Positions 20,555-29,085 of a DNA stretch of 64,000 nucleotides are shown here, piece after piece (positions within the stretch are counted from its first letter, which is position 1; each line of letters begins with the position of its first letter). The notes under the pieces are model-generated. The model saw only the letters and a list, made by a program, of their open reading frames with translations, had not been told where the DNA came from and searched no databases. Origin of the DNA: Gammaproteobacteria bacterium (GTDB lineage Bacteria > Pseudomonadota > Gammaproteobacteria > S012-40); the NCBI GenBank assembly GCA_029881255.1, contig JAOUMY010000010.1, positions 92,653 through 156,652 on the forward strand, in the 5' to 3' direction. The position numbers and the translations under genes are program-made.

Positions 20555-20728
20555 ACCTGATAAGAACTCTTCGGTTCGAGAAGCGAGTGTAGCGAGCGGA
20601 GACGCCGGCGATAGCCGGCGCCCCGCAGGGGTGAGCGACGAAGGCGCGAATCAATCCCTATTCATTTTCTCGCCAATCTCGATAAAGCCCCGAAAGAGCA
20701 AATCAATCTCCAACCTCCCGTCTCAATC

Positions 20729-20757
20729 TTGACAACTCCACATGATATCCGGATAAT
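20729..20757 (+). promoter_or_regulatory. Near-consensus sigma70 promoter for tRNA-Arg with GC-rich discriminator
   Basis: TTGACA (20729-20734), a 17-nt spacer, then GATAAT (20752-20757), followed by GCGCCC. The tRNA starts at 20770. Confidence 0.55.
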
Positions 20758-20769
20758 GCGCCCTCCTTA

Positions 20770-20846
20770 GCGCCTGTAGCTCAGCTGGATAGAGTACCTG
20801 GCTACGAACCAGGCGGTCGGGCGTTCGAATCGCTCCAGGCGCGCCA
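20770..20846 (+). tRNA. tRNA-Arg (anticodon ACG), encoded CCA
   Basis: Manual cloverleaf: acceptor GCGCCTG/CAGGCGC, D-arm GCTC-AGCTGGATA-GAGT, anticodon stem CCTGG/CCAGG with loop CTACGAA, T-arm GGGCG-TTCGAAT-CGCTC, then G + CCA. Confidence 0.9.
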
Positions 20847-20967
20847 TATTCCGAAAAGGCTTCATCTTTTTAGATCGAAGCCTTTTTTATTGTCCCGAGT
20901 TTTTCAAACGACGAGCGCCTTCCGCGACCTGAGGTCACCCCAGCTGCGCAGCCTACGCTGCTCCGCG
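20835..20967 (+). repeat. Direct repeat copy 1 (tRNA-Arg 3' end + terminator + GC-rich segment)
   Basis: It begins with CCAGGCGCGCCATATTCC (the tRNA 3' end) and aligns with 21014-21137, with scattered substitutions and a 9-nt indel. Confidence 0.8.
20854..20889 (+). terminator. Rho-independent terminator after tRNA-Arg
   Basis: AAAAGGCTTCATCT-tttt-AGATCGAAGCC followed by TTTTTTATT. A second copy lies at about 21034-21070 within the tandem repeat. Confidence 0.6.
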
Positions 20968-21013
20968 TTCGCTGCGGCTGCGAAAGTCCACTGGACTTTC
21001 GGTCCTTGCTCAC

Positions 21014-21137
21014 CCAGGCGCGCCATATTCCAAAGAGGCTTCATCTATATAGATCGAAGCCTTTTTTATTGTCCCGAATTTTTCGAACAATGAGCGCCTT
21101 CCGCGACCTGAGGTCGCCCCAGCTACACAGCTCCGCG
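21014..21137 (+). repeat. Direct repeat copy 2 with an orphan 12-nt tRNA-Arg 3' remnant (CCAGGCGCGCCA)
   Basis: Same order of elements as copy 1 (remnant, hairpin + T-run, GAGCGCCTTCCGCGACCTGAGGTC.CCCCAGCT). No tRNA body lies upstream of the remnant. Confidence 0.8.
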
Positions 21138-21238
21138 ATAGTCAAATCCTCGTTCTCACAAAAATATAGATATGACACGGGTTTGAACGAGTCCTGCGCA
21201 CTGTGTTATTAATTGGTCTCCCCAATCGGAGCGTCCGG

Positions 21239-22792
21239 ATGAGTAGCAACGAAACAGACCAAACCTTTTCTCCTGATCACCGCCTGCGTCTGCGTAATTT
21301 ACGTGAAAGTGACTATCAGGCAATCAGTGAAATCATGGATCGGGTATACGCCAAATTGGGCGGTAGTTGGCCAAAGAATAAATTCCTCACTATGCTCAAG
21401 ACCTTTCCCGAAGGGCAGATTTGCATAGACGACAACGGTAAGCCAGTCGCGGCGGCGTTTGCCGTCATCGTTGATTACGACAAGTTTGGCGATGAGCACA
21501 CGTATAACGAAATTACGGGTAATGCCTATCTCACGACTCATGATCCCAATGGTGATGTGTTGTATGGTGTGGATGTTTTTGTCGATCCTGCTTATCGCGA
21601 TATGCGTCTCGGACGTCGTCTGTATGAGGCGCGCAAGGAGTTGTGTCAGAGTTTAAATTTGCGTGCGATTTTTGCGGGGGGACGCATTCCCAATTATGAG
21701 CAGCACGCGGACAAACTTTCGCCACAACAATACATCGAGGCGGTTAAACGAAAAGAGATCTACGATCCTATTCTGAGTTTCCAATTGTCTAATGACTTTG
21801 ATGTTAAGCGTGTTTTACGCGCCTACTTGCCGGAGGACAAGGAGTCTTTGGGATATGCCACTTTGCTCGAGTGGTTCAATATCTATTACGAGGCGCGTGA
21901 TCCGAAACTCTTTGGCGCGCGCAAAACCACGGCGCGTATCGGTTGCGTGCAATGGCAGATGCGTGAGATGAAAAGTGTCGAGGAATTGATGCAGCAGGTC
22001 GAATATTTCATCGACGCGCTGTCGGATTATCGCTGCGATGTAGCTTTGTTCCCGGAGTTTTTCAATGCACCACTCATGGGTTTGGAGCACCACGAAACAT
22101 CAGTCGATGCAATTCGTCGATTGGCTGAATACACCGAGCAATTGCGTGACGACATCAGCAAGCTCGCGGTGAGTTACAATATTAACGTCATTGCCGGTTC
22201 CATGCCGATCGTGGAAGACGGTGCGTTATATAATGTCTCCTATCTGTGCCGTCGTGACGGAACTGTCGATGCGCAATACAAATTGCATCCGACGCCACAC
22301 GAAAAGCGCGACTGGATTATGCAGGGCGGTAATCATCTCAAATTATTTGATACGGATTTTGGTCGTATCGGCATACTTATTTGTTATGACGTGGAATTCC
22401 CGGAACTCGCACGTTTGCTTTCAGATAAGGAAATGCAAATCCTGTTCGTGCCTTTCTGGACGGATACCAAGAATGGATATCTGCGTGTTCGTCGTTGCGC
22501 ACAGGCGCGTGCAATTGAAAACGAATGTTATGTCGCGATCGCGGGTAGTATCGGTAATTTGCCCAAGGTCGATAATGTGGATATCCAATACGGCCAAACT
22601 GCTGTGTTTTCCCCATCAGATTTTGCCTTTCCTCACGATGCCATTATGGCGGAAACCACACCAAATACAGAAATGACGCTAATAGTCGACGTCGATCTTG
22701 ATAAATTACAAGTATTACAAAATGAAGGCTCGGTGCGTAATTATCTCGATCGTCGACGAGACTTATACAAAATAGAATGGACGGGTGACTAG
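21239..22792 (+). CDS. Bifunctional GNAT N-acetyltransferase / carbon-nitrogen hydrolase (nitrilase superfamily) protein
   Basis: N-terminal GNAT-like region (VDPAYRDMRLGRRLYEARKE). The C-terminal CN-hydrolase triad context is FPEFF (Glu), KLHP (Lys) and ILICYDVEFPE (Cys). The start is the ATG at 21239. Confidence 0.8.
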   Translation: MSSNETDQTFSPDHRLRLRNLRESDYQAISEIMDRVYAKLGGSWPKNKFLTMLKTFPEGQICIDDNGKPVAAAFAVIVDYDKFGDEHTYNEITGNAYLTTHDPNGDVLYGVDVFVDPAYRDMRLGRRLYEARKELCQSLNLRAIFAGGRIPNYEQHADKLSPQQYIEAVKRKEIYDPILSFQLSNDFDVKRVLRAYLPEDKESLGYATLLEWFNIYYEARDPKLFGARKTTARIGCVQWQMREMKSVEELMQQVEYFIDALSDYRCDVALFPEFFNAPLMGLEHHETSVDAIRRLAEYTEQLRDDISKLAVSYNINVIAGSMPIVEDGALYNVSYLCRRDGTVDAQYKLHPTPHEKRDWIMQGGNHLKLFDTDFGRIGILICYDVEFPELARLLSDKEMQILFVPFWTDTKNGYLRVRRCAQARAIENECYVAIAGSIGNLPKVDNVDIQYGQTAVFSPSDFAFPHDAIMAETTPNTEMTLIVDVDLDKLQVLQNEGSVRNYLDRRRDLYKIEWTGD

Positions 22793-22819
22793 GCGCTATC
22801 GTACGAGCGCACAAGAAAA

Positions 22820-23527
22820 ATGAAGTATACCCAGCCTATACTCACCGGCACGCTCATCAAACGCTACAAGCGCTTTCTTGCAGATGTACGTCTCGATAAC
22901 GGCGAAGTCATCACCGTCCATACGCCAAATACAGGCGCGATGCTGGGATGCGCCGAGCCGGGTTTTCGGGTTTGGTTGTATGATAGCGAAAACCTCGAAC
23001 GTAAATATCGCTATAGCTGGCTGCTGGTGGAAAACAATGAAGGCATCAAGATCGGTATTAATACGGCTGCGGCCAATACCCTGGTGGAAGAGGGTATACG
23101 CGAGGGCGTAATAAAAGAGTTGCAGGGATACTCTCAAGTCCAAAGAGAAGTGAAGTCACCGACAGGTGTTAGTCGCTTTGATTTGTTTCTGCAACACCAC
23201 TCACATCTCCCGGATTGCTACATCGAAGTCAAAAGCGTGACCGCCAAAGGTGAAGATGGTGTGGGGATATTTCCCGATGCGGTAAGCGCACGCGGCAAAA
23301 AACACCTGGAAGATTTGCGCGCTATGGTCGCGCTCGGATTTCGCGCGGTATTGGTTTTTTGCGTGCAAAGAGAAGACGTCGAGCAAGTTCGTGCCGCCAT
23401 CGAGATAGACCCATTGTATGCGAATACGCTTGAGACGGTGAGGAAACACGGTGTAGAAGTTATCGCCTATTGCGCGAAACTGTCACCTAATCAATTGTCG
23501 CTAGTCCGCCGAATTCCCGTGTTGTAA
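22820..23527 (+). CDS. sfsA: Sugar fermentation stimulation protein SfsA
   Basis: MKYTQPILTGTLIKRYKRFLADVRLDNGEVITVHTPNTGAM... and IEVKSVT match the SfsA family over the full length. Confidence 0.9.
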   Translation: MKYTQPILTGTLIKRYKRFLADVRLDNGEVITVHTPNTGAMLGCAEPGFRVWLYDSENLERKYRYSWLLVENNEGIKIGINTAAANTLVEEGIREGVIKELQGYSQVQREVKSPTGVSRFDLFLQHHSHLPDCYIEVKSVTAKGEDGVGIFPDAVSARGKKHLEDLRAMVALGFRAVLVFCVQREDVEQVRAAIEIDPLYANTLETVRKHGVEVIAYCAKLSPNQLSLVRRIPVL

Positions 23528-23536
23528 AAAAGAAAA

Positions 23537-23561
23537 AGCCCGTATTGCTACGGGCTTTTTT
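23537..23561. terminator. Bidirectional rho-independent terminator between sfsA and the convergent lipoprotein gene
   Basis: AGCCCGTA-ttgc-TACGGGCT flanked by an A-rich run upstream and TTTTTT downstream. Confidence 0.65.
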
Positions 23562-23579
23562 AGACTACGAAGACCCAGA

Positions 23580-25292
23580 TTAGAATGCTGAAGAATACAT
23601 GGTTCTTCCATCGGCGTTGGGCTGGGTTGAATAGAAACGAGTTTGTTCTTTGAACAGATTGGTATTGGTGTCGTTCTGATGCCAGACCGTTACCTTTTTT
23701 AAGGCACCAACCGTAGTTTCATATGCACCTGTTGTTTGATTTATTTGTGCTACGTCGTTGTACTCGTAAATGCGATAGGAATGCACGATAACTTGTGCGC
23801 CATTTCCCGCCATCAAACTATTTTGGGTGGGTTTGTACGCAGGAGTATCTCCAGTTACCGAGGTAACAAAATAGTTAGACAAGTTATGTCCCAGATACCC
23901 GTTGCTTGAAATCAATGCGGTCCATTCTGAACGTGTTAAACCGTATGGCGCCTGGTCACGATTATCGCGTGGAATTTCATATGTCACGCGCTGAGCGACA
24001 CGACCCTTATCATCATATATATAGAGGCGCAGTCGGTAGGCAACATCGTCGTTGGTAAACGGAGTTCCATCCGATCCATATTTAAGTATCGTCCCAGAAC
24101 GGTTCGAACCTGCCCAAGACCACTCATGGGTACGCTTATAGTCGACCAAATCACGGGTGTGATAGAACGCGACCCTGTCGTTTCCAGGTTGGGGGGCGGG
24201 ATTCATTTGGGGGTTGAAATCAATCTTTTTATCAGTTCCCAAATCGCCATAGAAAATATGCCTATGCTGGAATTGCGCATCGATACTAGTAGTGCTGGCA
24301 ATTGGCGCGCTGTGATTCATCTCCATGATTGACGCATTGTCCAATCTGAAAGAGGGGTCTGTTGACGGGTTACCGCTGGCAGGCCAAGGCGTCGGTGTCG
24401 TGTCGCGATCAGCGACCGGCTCATACTGATAGCTAATCATATGATTTGTGCTGTGCGATTCGTCAGGTGTCCACACATTCCTAATCGGGTCAGTTGCACC
24501 ATTTGCCTGCTGTGCATGCTGGCCATCAGGAAATTCGACGCGAACCGTATACTTTTTACCGTCGGTACCGGTACGTAATACTTCGTAGCGCTCGATCAAT
24601 CCACTTGAGTCTTGCTGCCAGTAAACTGTCTGGTCTCCAGGCATGAGTTGCCCTTGTAGTGGATGAGACATGGTGTAGTGACGTGTCCTCTTCGGCGATT
24701 CGACGCCGCCAACTACCGTCATTTCTTCGCGCTTCACCCGCTCGTTATTCGATGTCTGCGTGTAACGAACTTCATTCACCTGGCCGAATTCATCAAATTC
24801 TTTGCGATAGAATTCATGGGCGTGGGCAGTGGTGAAAGAGAATTTTATCGTGTCTAATCCCGCTGCTGCACGTTTGCCGCCTTTTAACATAAGGTCAGAT
24901 GCATGCACGTGATACATGTGTCCCTGTTCCATCGCTTTTGTCGGGGTAAATGAAATTGTTCGAGTTGCAGGGTCATAAGAAACGTTTCCCGGAATCGGGT
25001 CGGTACTCATCATCATGGTGTCTTCTTCCGCGCCGTCGTCGCCCATGTCCATACCATGGCTTGCGCCAGGCATTAGGTGAACAGTTGTCGGGCCGACACT
25101 ACTAAGCTCGAGTTCTTCTTTGAGTACTATCTTTAAGGGCTGGGTGATGCTGACGCCTACGCTCCCAGGCGAGGGTTGCGTATTAAATTGATCAAGTGTT
25201 AAACCTTGCGGGCCATTTGGCGCAACCACACCACAAGCACTTATTACGGAAATAGCTAAAGACGCGGTGATACCGCGGTATATAACCTTCAT
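23580..25292 (-). CDS. Lipoprotein of unknown function (Ig-like N-domain with Met/His/Asp-rich insert; YD-like repeats)
   Basis: The start is the ATG at 25292, preceded by GGAGGG. Lipobox LAISVISAC. The N-domain resembles SbsA-type Ig folds (GNVSYDPATRTISFTP). The later part has beta-hairpin repeats such as IYDDKGRVAQRVTY. Confidence 0.55.
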   Translation of the reverse strand: MKVIYRGITASLAISVISACGVVAPNGPQGLTLDQFNTQPSPGSVGVSITQPLKIVLKEELELSSVGPTTVHLMPGASHGMDMGDDGAEEDTMMMSTDPIPGNVSYDPATRTISFTPTKAMEQGHMYHVHASDLMLKGGKRAAAGLDTIKFSFTTAHAHEFYRKEFDEFGQVNEVRYTQTSNNERVKREEMTVVGGVESPKRTRHYTMSHPLQGQLMPGDQTVYWQQDSSGLIERYEVLRTGTDGKKYTVRVEFPDGQHAQQANGATDPIRNVWTPDESHSTNHMISYQYEPVADRDTTPTPWPASGNPSTDPSFRLDNASIMEMNHSAPIASTTSIDAQFQHRHIFYGDLGTDKKIDFNPQMNPAPQPGNDRVAFYHTRDLVDYKRTHEWSWAGSNRSGTILKYGSDGTPFTNDDVAYRLRLYIYDDKGRVAQRVTYEIPRDNRDQAPYGLTRSEWTALISSNGYLGHNLSNYFVTSVTGDTPAYKPTQNSLMAGNGAQVIVHSYRIYEYNDVAQINQTTGAYETTVGALKKVTVWHQNDTNTNLFKEQTRFYSTQPNADGRTMYSSAF

Positions 25293-25508
25293 GGGACTTC
25301 CCTCCGACACATTGACTGTATTTGATAATTATTCAGCCATATACTTATTGTTTTTCATGTTTTATCGTCTAGAAAGACAATGAAAACAGGCTGTTTTATT
25401 CGAATTATTATGCGTGCCTTTTTGTGCCAAAGGCAAGCTTTACGGCGGACACAGTTGCCCACCATGTTTAATCATCCCGACATCCTAGGTGCGTAGGCTT
25501 ACGCTAAT

Positions 25509-25892
25509 ATGAATAAAATACTCGGAAATAAGGTCGATATCAGCTTTCGCCATATGCGCATGGGGAGGCTGATGTGGTCTATTGAAGTCGTAGATCTGTT
25601 TGACAGTGAAGGTAAGGCGGCAGTGGATATCGTGCATGGGCAGGCCATTTCCTGGCAAGGTCGGCGGTTACCGGTTAGTGCTCAGCGCGTATTGATTGAG
25701 GCCCTGGGGCAGATACAGGTTCAAACCATGCCGCGCAAGGCCGAGCATTTGGGCGAAGGGCAGTTTATTCTTATTATTGATATCGCCGGGATGCACGCCA
25801 GCTATGAGTGGTCTGGGCGTTTGCCCACCGCATGGTTTTCTCTGCAGCCAATCGTGAAGGCCCTACAGGAACAGGTGGTACATCGTGAATAA
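25509..25892 (+). CDS. Hypothetical protein (127 aa)
   Basis: ORF only. I recognise no motif. It lies upstream of relA on the same strand. Confidence 0.3.
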   Translation: MNKILGNKVDISFRHMRMGRLMWSIEVVDLFDSEGKAAVDIVHGQAISWQGRRLPVSAQRVLIEALGQIQVQTMPRKAEHLGEGQFILIIDIAGMHASYEWSGRLPTAWFSLQPIVKALQEQVVHRE

Positions 25893-25990
25893 TTTTGTTT
25901 TGAATCTGTTCAAGTGCGTTCCCCTCATCGAAGGTTTAGCCCTTGTGCAGCTAGCATGTACAATGGCGGCATTCCACAGGATTTTCGGAT

Positions 25991-28087
25991 ATGAAATCGG
26001 ATAGCGTATTTGAATTTGATCAGACCTGGGATCAGCAGCAGCGGCAGTTGATCGAACAAGCTATGCTGGTTGCGGAACAACAGGGCAAGAAATCAGAGGC
26101 CGCAGAACACGCAGCGATCATGCAGGAATTGCGCGTCGATCATGAAATTATCGCTGCCGGAATTTTATTTGCCAGCGGTATCAGCAAGCCGGTTGGTTTT
26201 GATGATCGACTAAGTGCCTTGTGCCAGGAAGCGATGCGCTTGAACGCCGAAGAAGATGGCTGGATAGCGCAGCTTGAACAACAAAACGATCTCAACACCG
26301 AAGATACCCAGTCTCACCACATGATGTTGCTGTCGATGATGAAAGATGTGCGCGTGGTGTTTATTTTACTCGCGCATCAATTGTGGATAATGCGCCACAT
26401 CAAAGGTGCAGATCCCAAGCATCGTCGCGCGGAAGCCTGGGAAACGCGCGTCATCTTTGCGCCTTTGGCCAATCGTCTTGGAATTGGACAACTCAAGTGG
26501 GAGTTGGAAGATCTCGCCTTTCGATTTCTGGAAGAAGATGGCTATAAAGAAATTGCTAAAAAACTGGAGGAAAAACGCCAGGACCGCGAGGACTATATTC
26601 GTAATGTGGTGTCGGCTTTGTCCACTTTGCTGGAAGAGTCAGGTGTGCGTGCACAGGTATATGGGCGACCCAAGCATATCTATAGCATCTGGAAAAAGAT
26701 GCAGGCCAAGAATCTCGAATTCGAAGACCTCTATGATGTACGCGCGATTCGTGTTTTAGTCGACGACATCAGTCAGTGCTATACCGCATTGAGTGCGGTG
26801 CATAGTAAATGGCCGTTTATTCCCGGCGAGTATGATGATTATATTTCCGCGCCTAAATCGAATAATTATCAGTCCTTGCATACGGCGGTCATCGGACCGG
26901 AAGGGCGAACTGTGGAAATCCAGATTCGTACCCATGACATGCATGAATTTGCCGAGCTCGGTGTGGCCGCGCATTGGCGATACAAGGAAGGCGGTCGACG
27001 CGATGAAGGTTTGGAAAAACGTATTGAGTCGGTGCGTCAGATGTTGGAGGAAGGACGGATCGATGAAAGCGATTCGGAAATGGTATCGAGTGATGAGGAG
27101 TCGGTATTTGTACTGACACCTAAAGGGCAAGTCTTAGAGTTGCCTTCAGGCTCGACGCCACTGGATTTTGCCTACCATATACACACAGAACTGGGACACC
27201 GTTGTCGTGGCGCCAAGATTAACGGAGACATGGTGCAACTGACCACCAAACTGAATAGCGGTGACCATGTTGAAATTATTACGACCAAAATCGGCCAACC
27301 GAGTCGCGACTGGTTATCGCCTTCGAGTGGTTATTTAAAATCCTCGCGTGCCCGCGCCAAGGTTCGTCAGTGGTTCAAGCAACAGTTTCGCGATGAAAAT
27401 ATTTCGGCGGGTAAGGCGGCTGTACACAAAGAAGCGGTTAAGCGTTCGATAGGTGAGCCGGATTTGAGTTCGGTGGTACCGCGTTTTAATTTCAGCAGTA
27501 CCGACGATGTGTACGCCGCTATAGGGCGTGGTGAACTGGGCGCGGCGCAGGTGGTGAATGTCGTCCAGGAAACCGTGCAGGCGCCGGTGGTAGAACCGGA
27601 TGAGATACACACCAGTAGCGCACGAAAATCTGTCGGTTCTGGCAAGATCGATGTCTATGGCGTGGGCGATTTGCTGACGCATATGGCCCGTTGTTGCAAG
27701 CCTATGCCTGGCGATGAGATTGTAGGTTTTATCACGCGCGGGCGTGGCGTGAGCATACACCGACAGGATTGCGCCAATGCTAGAGCGTTAGGTGAACAAA
27801 ATTCCGATCGATTAATCAATGTTTCCTGGGGTAAACAAGACCATGGTAATTACGAAGTGGATATTCTGATCGAGGCCCTGGACCGGTCTGGCCTGTTGCG
27901 TGATGTCACTTCCGTCTTGTCAGCCGAAGACGTCAATGTTGTCGCTGCCAACACCTTTTCCAATCGCAAGTTGCAGCAGGCGACATTGAAACTGACACTG
28001 GAAATTAATAACTCTCAAAAACTCGATCGCGCCCTCAATCGTCTGCAACAAGTTCGTGGTGTGTTCGAGGCAGTAAGAACCAAATAA
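25991..28087 (+). CDS. relA: GTP pyrophosphokinase RelA ((p)ppGpp synthetase I)
   Basis: APLANRLGIGQLKWELEDLAFRFL, YGRPKHIYSIWKKM, and synthetase core EIQIRTHDMHEFAELGVAAHWRYKEG. TGS and ACT-like C-terminal domains follow. mazG follows, as in E. coli. Confidence 0.9.
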   Translation: MKSDSVFEFDQTWDQQQRQLIEQAMLVAEQQGKKSEAAEHAAIMQELRVDHEIIAAGILFASGISKPVGFDDRLSALCQEAMRLNAEEDGWIAQLEQQNDLNTEDTQSHHMMLLSMMKDVRVVFILLAHQLWIMRHIKGADPKHRRAEAWETRVIFAPLANRLGIGQLKWELEDLAFRFLEEDGYKEIAKKLEEKRQDREDYIRNVVSALSTLLEESGVRAQVYGRPKHIYSIWKKMQAKNLEFEDLYDVRAIRVLVDDISQCYTALSAVHSKWPFIPGEYDDYISAPKSNNYQSLHTAVIGPEGRTVEIQIRTHDMHEFAELGVAAHWRYKEGGRRDEGLEKRIESVRQMLEEGRIDESDSEMVSSDEESVFVLTPKGQVLELPSGSTPLDFAYHIHTELGHRCRGAKINGDMVQLTTKLNSGDHVEIITTKIGQPSRDWLSPSSGYLKSSRARAKVRQWFKQQFRDENISAGKAAVHKEAVKRSIGEPDLSSVVPRFNFSSTDDVYAAIGRGELGAAQVVNVVQETVQAPVVEPDEIHTSSARKSVGSGKIDVYGVGDLLTHMARCCKPMPGDEIVGFITRGRGVSIHRQDCANARALGEQNSDRLINVSWGKQDHGNYEVDILIEALDRSGLLRDVTSVLSAEDVNVVAANTFSNRKLQQATLKLTLEINNSQKLDRALNRLQQVRGVFEAVRTK

Positions 28088-28133
28088 TAAGCGAACACTA
28101 AGAAACCAGGCACTCTTCACAAGAGAATATTCG

Positions 28134-28925
28134 ATGAGTAGTAAGATAAATGAATTGCTGGATATCATGGCGCGCTTGCGTGATCCACAGAGCGGTTGCC
28201 CGTGGGATTTGAAGCAGACCTATGCCACGATAGTTCCTTACACGCTGGAAGAGGCCTACGAAGTCGCCGAAGCGATAGAGAAAGGCGATCTTGAACACTT
28301 AAAAGATGAACTCGGGGATTTGTTGTTTCAAGTCGTGTTCTATGCGCAGATTGCCAGGGAAGAAAAACGATTTACATTCGACGAGGTCGTCGAGAGTATC
28401 TGTGAAAAAATGATACGTCGTCATCCACATGTGTTTTCTGATCTCGATGTTGTCGATGAAGGTGAAGTAAAGTCTAACTGGGAAAAAATCAAGCAAGCGG
28501 AGCGGGAACAAAAAAATGCAAAAAAAACAGCGAGTCTGATCGATGGTGTCAATGAGGCCTTGCCCGCATTGTCTCGGGCGAAAAAATTACAGAAACGCGC
28601 GGCGAACATCGGCTTTGACTGGCCAGACCATACAGGTGTCGTCGAAAAGCTGCGTGAAGAACTGGCGGAGGTCGAAGAGGCTATTGAATCAGGTGATGCC
28701 GCGCATATCGAAGAGGAAGTAGGGGATTTATTGTTTGTCGCAGTCAACCTCGCCAACCATGTCAAAATCGATGCCGAGGCCGCCCTGCGCAAGGCGAATC
28801 GGAAATTCGAACGACGATTTCGTTGTATGGAAGAGATAGCCAGTGAGGCTAATACCAGTTTGACTGATATGGATTTGGCCGGACTCGATGGGCTTTGGAA
28901 TCAGGCTAAAAAACGACTGGATTGA
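28134..28925 (+). CDS. mazG: Nucleoside triphosphate pyrophosphohydrolase MazG
   Basis: Tandem MazG domains with EExxE/ELGDLLF motifs (LEEAYEVAEAIE...ELGDLLFQV and LAEVEEAIE...EVGDLLFVAV). Confidence 0.9.
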   Translation: MSSKINELLDIMARLRDPQSGCPWDLKQTYATIVPYTLEEAYEVAEAIEKGDLEHLKDELGDLLFQVVFYAQIAREEKRFTFDEVVESICEKMIRRHPHVFSDLDVVDEGEVKSNWEKIKQAEREQKNAKKTASLIDGVNEALPALSRAKKLQKRAANIGFDWPDHTGVVEKLREELAEVEEAIESGDAAHIEEEVGDLLFVAVNLANHVKIDAEAALRKANRKFERRFRCMEEIASEANTSLTDMDLAGLDGLWNQAKKRLD

Positions 28926-29045
28926 TCCACTATCTGCTTTTTTAATACGTTAAATCGTGCATATTCATTACCCGTTGTGGTGCTTTAGACCGAGTGTTTG
29001 AATTTTTTAAAGAATTGGATTTTACCTACCGCTAATCCATTGCAG

Positions 29046-29070
29046 AGAGCCCGATGGGCTTTCTTTTTTT
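29046..29070 (+). terminator. Intrinsic terminator-like hairpin + T-run 16 nt upstream of the chemoreceptor start codon
   Basis: AGAGCCC-gat-GGGCTTT followed by CTTTTTTT. The GGAG Shine-Dalgarno is at 29077-29080 and the ATG at 29086. Confidence 0.5.
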
Positions 29071-29085
29071 GCAATCGGAGCACCC

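Noticed and set aside
20334-20732. 132-aa plus-strand ORF (and the 71-aa minus ORF at 20439-20654) covering the tRNA-Ser region
   Set aside because: It runs straight through a well-folding tRNA gene, the 75-nt palindrome and the GC-rich spacer. It has no RBS or protein-like features, so it is an artefact of an open frame.
20890-21212. Two small ORFs (67 and 68 aa) with similar sequences (SAFRDLRSPQL...)
   Set aside because: They are simply translations of the two copies of the tandem repeat downstream of tRNA-Arg. Their similarity reflects the DNA repeat, not a gene family.
20770-23527. Genomic island integrated at tRNA-Arg
   Set aside because: The genes downstream (GNAT-nitrilase fusion, sfsA) look like ordinary chromosomal genes. 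No integrase, transposase or phage genes are present, and the duplicated tRNA 3' end lies only 179 nt away.
28134-28925. mazG as part of a mazEF toxin-antitoxin locus
   Set aside because: No mazE- or mazF-like small ORFs lie between relA and mazG or nearby. This is the housekeeping relA-mazG pair only.
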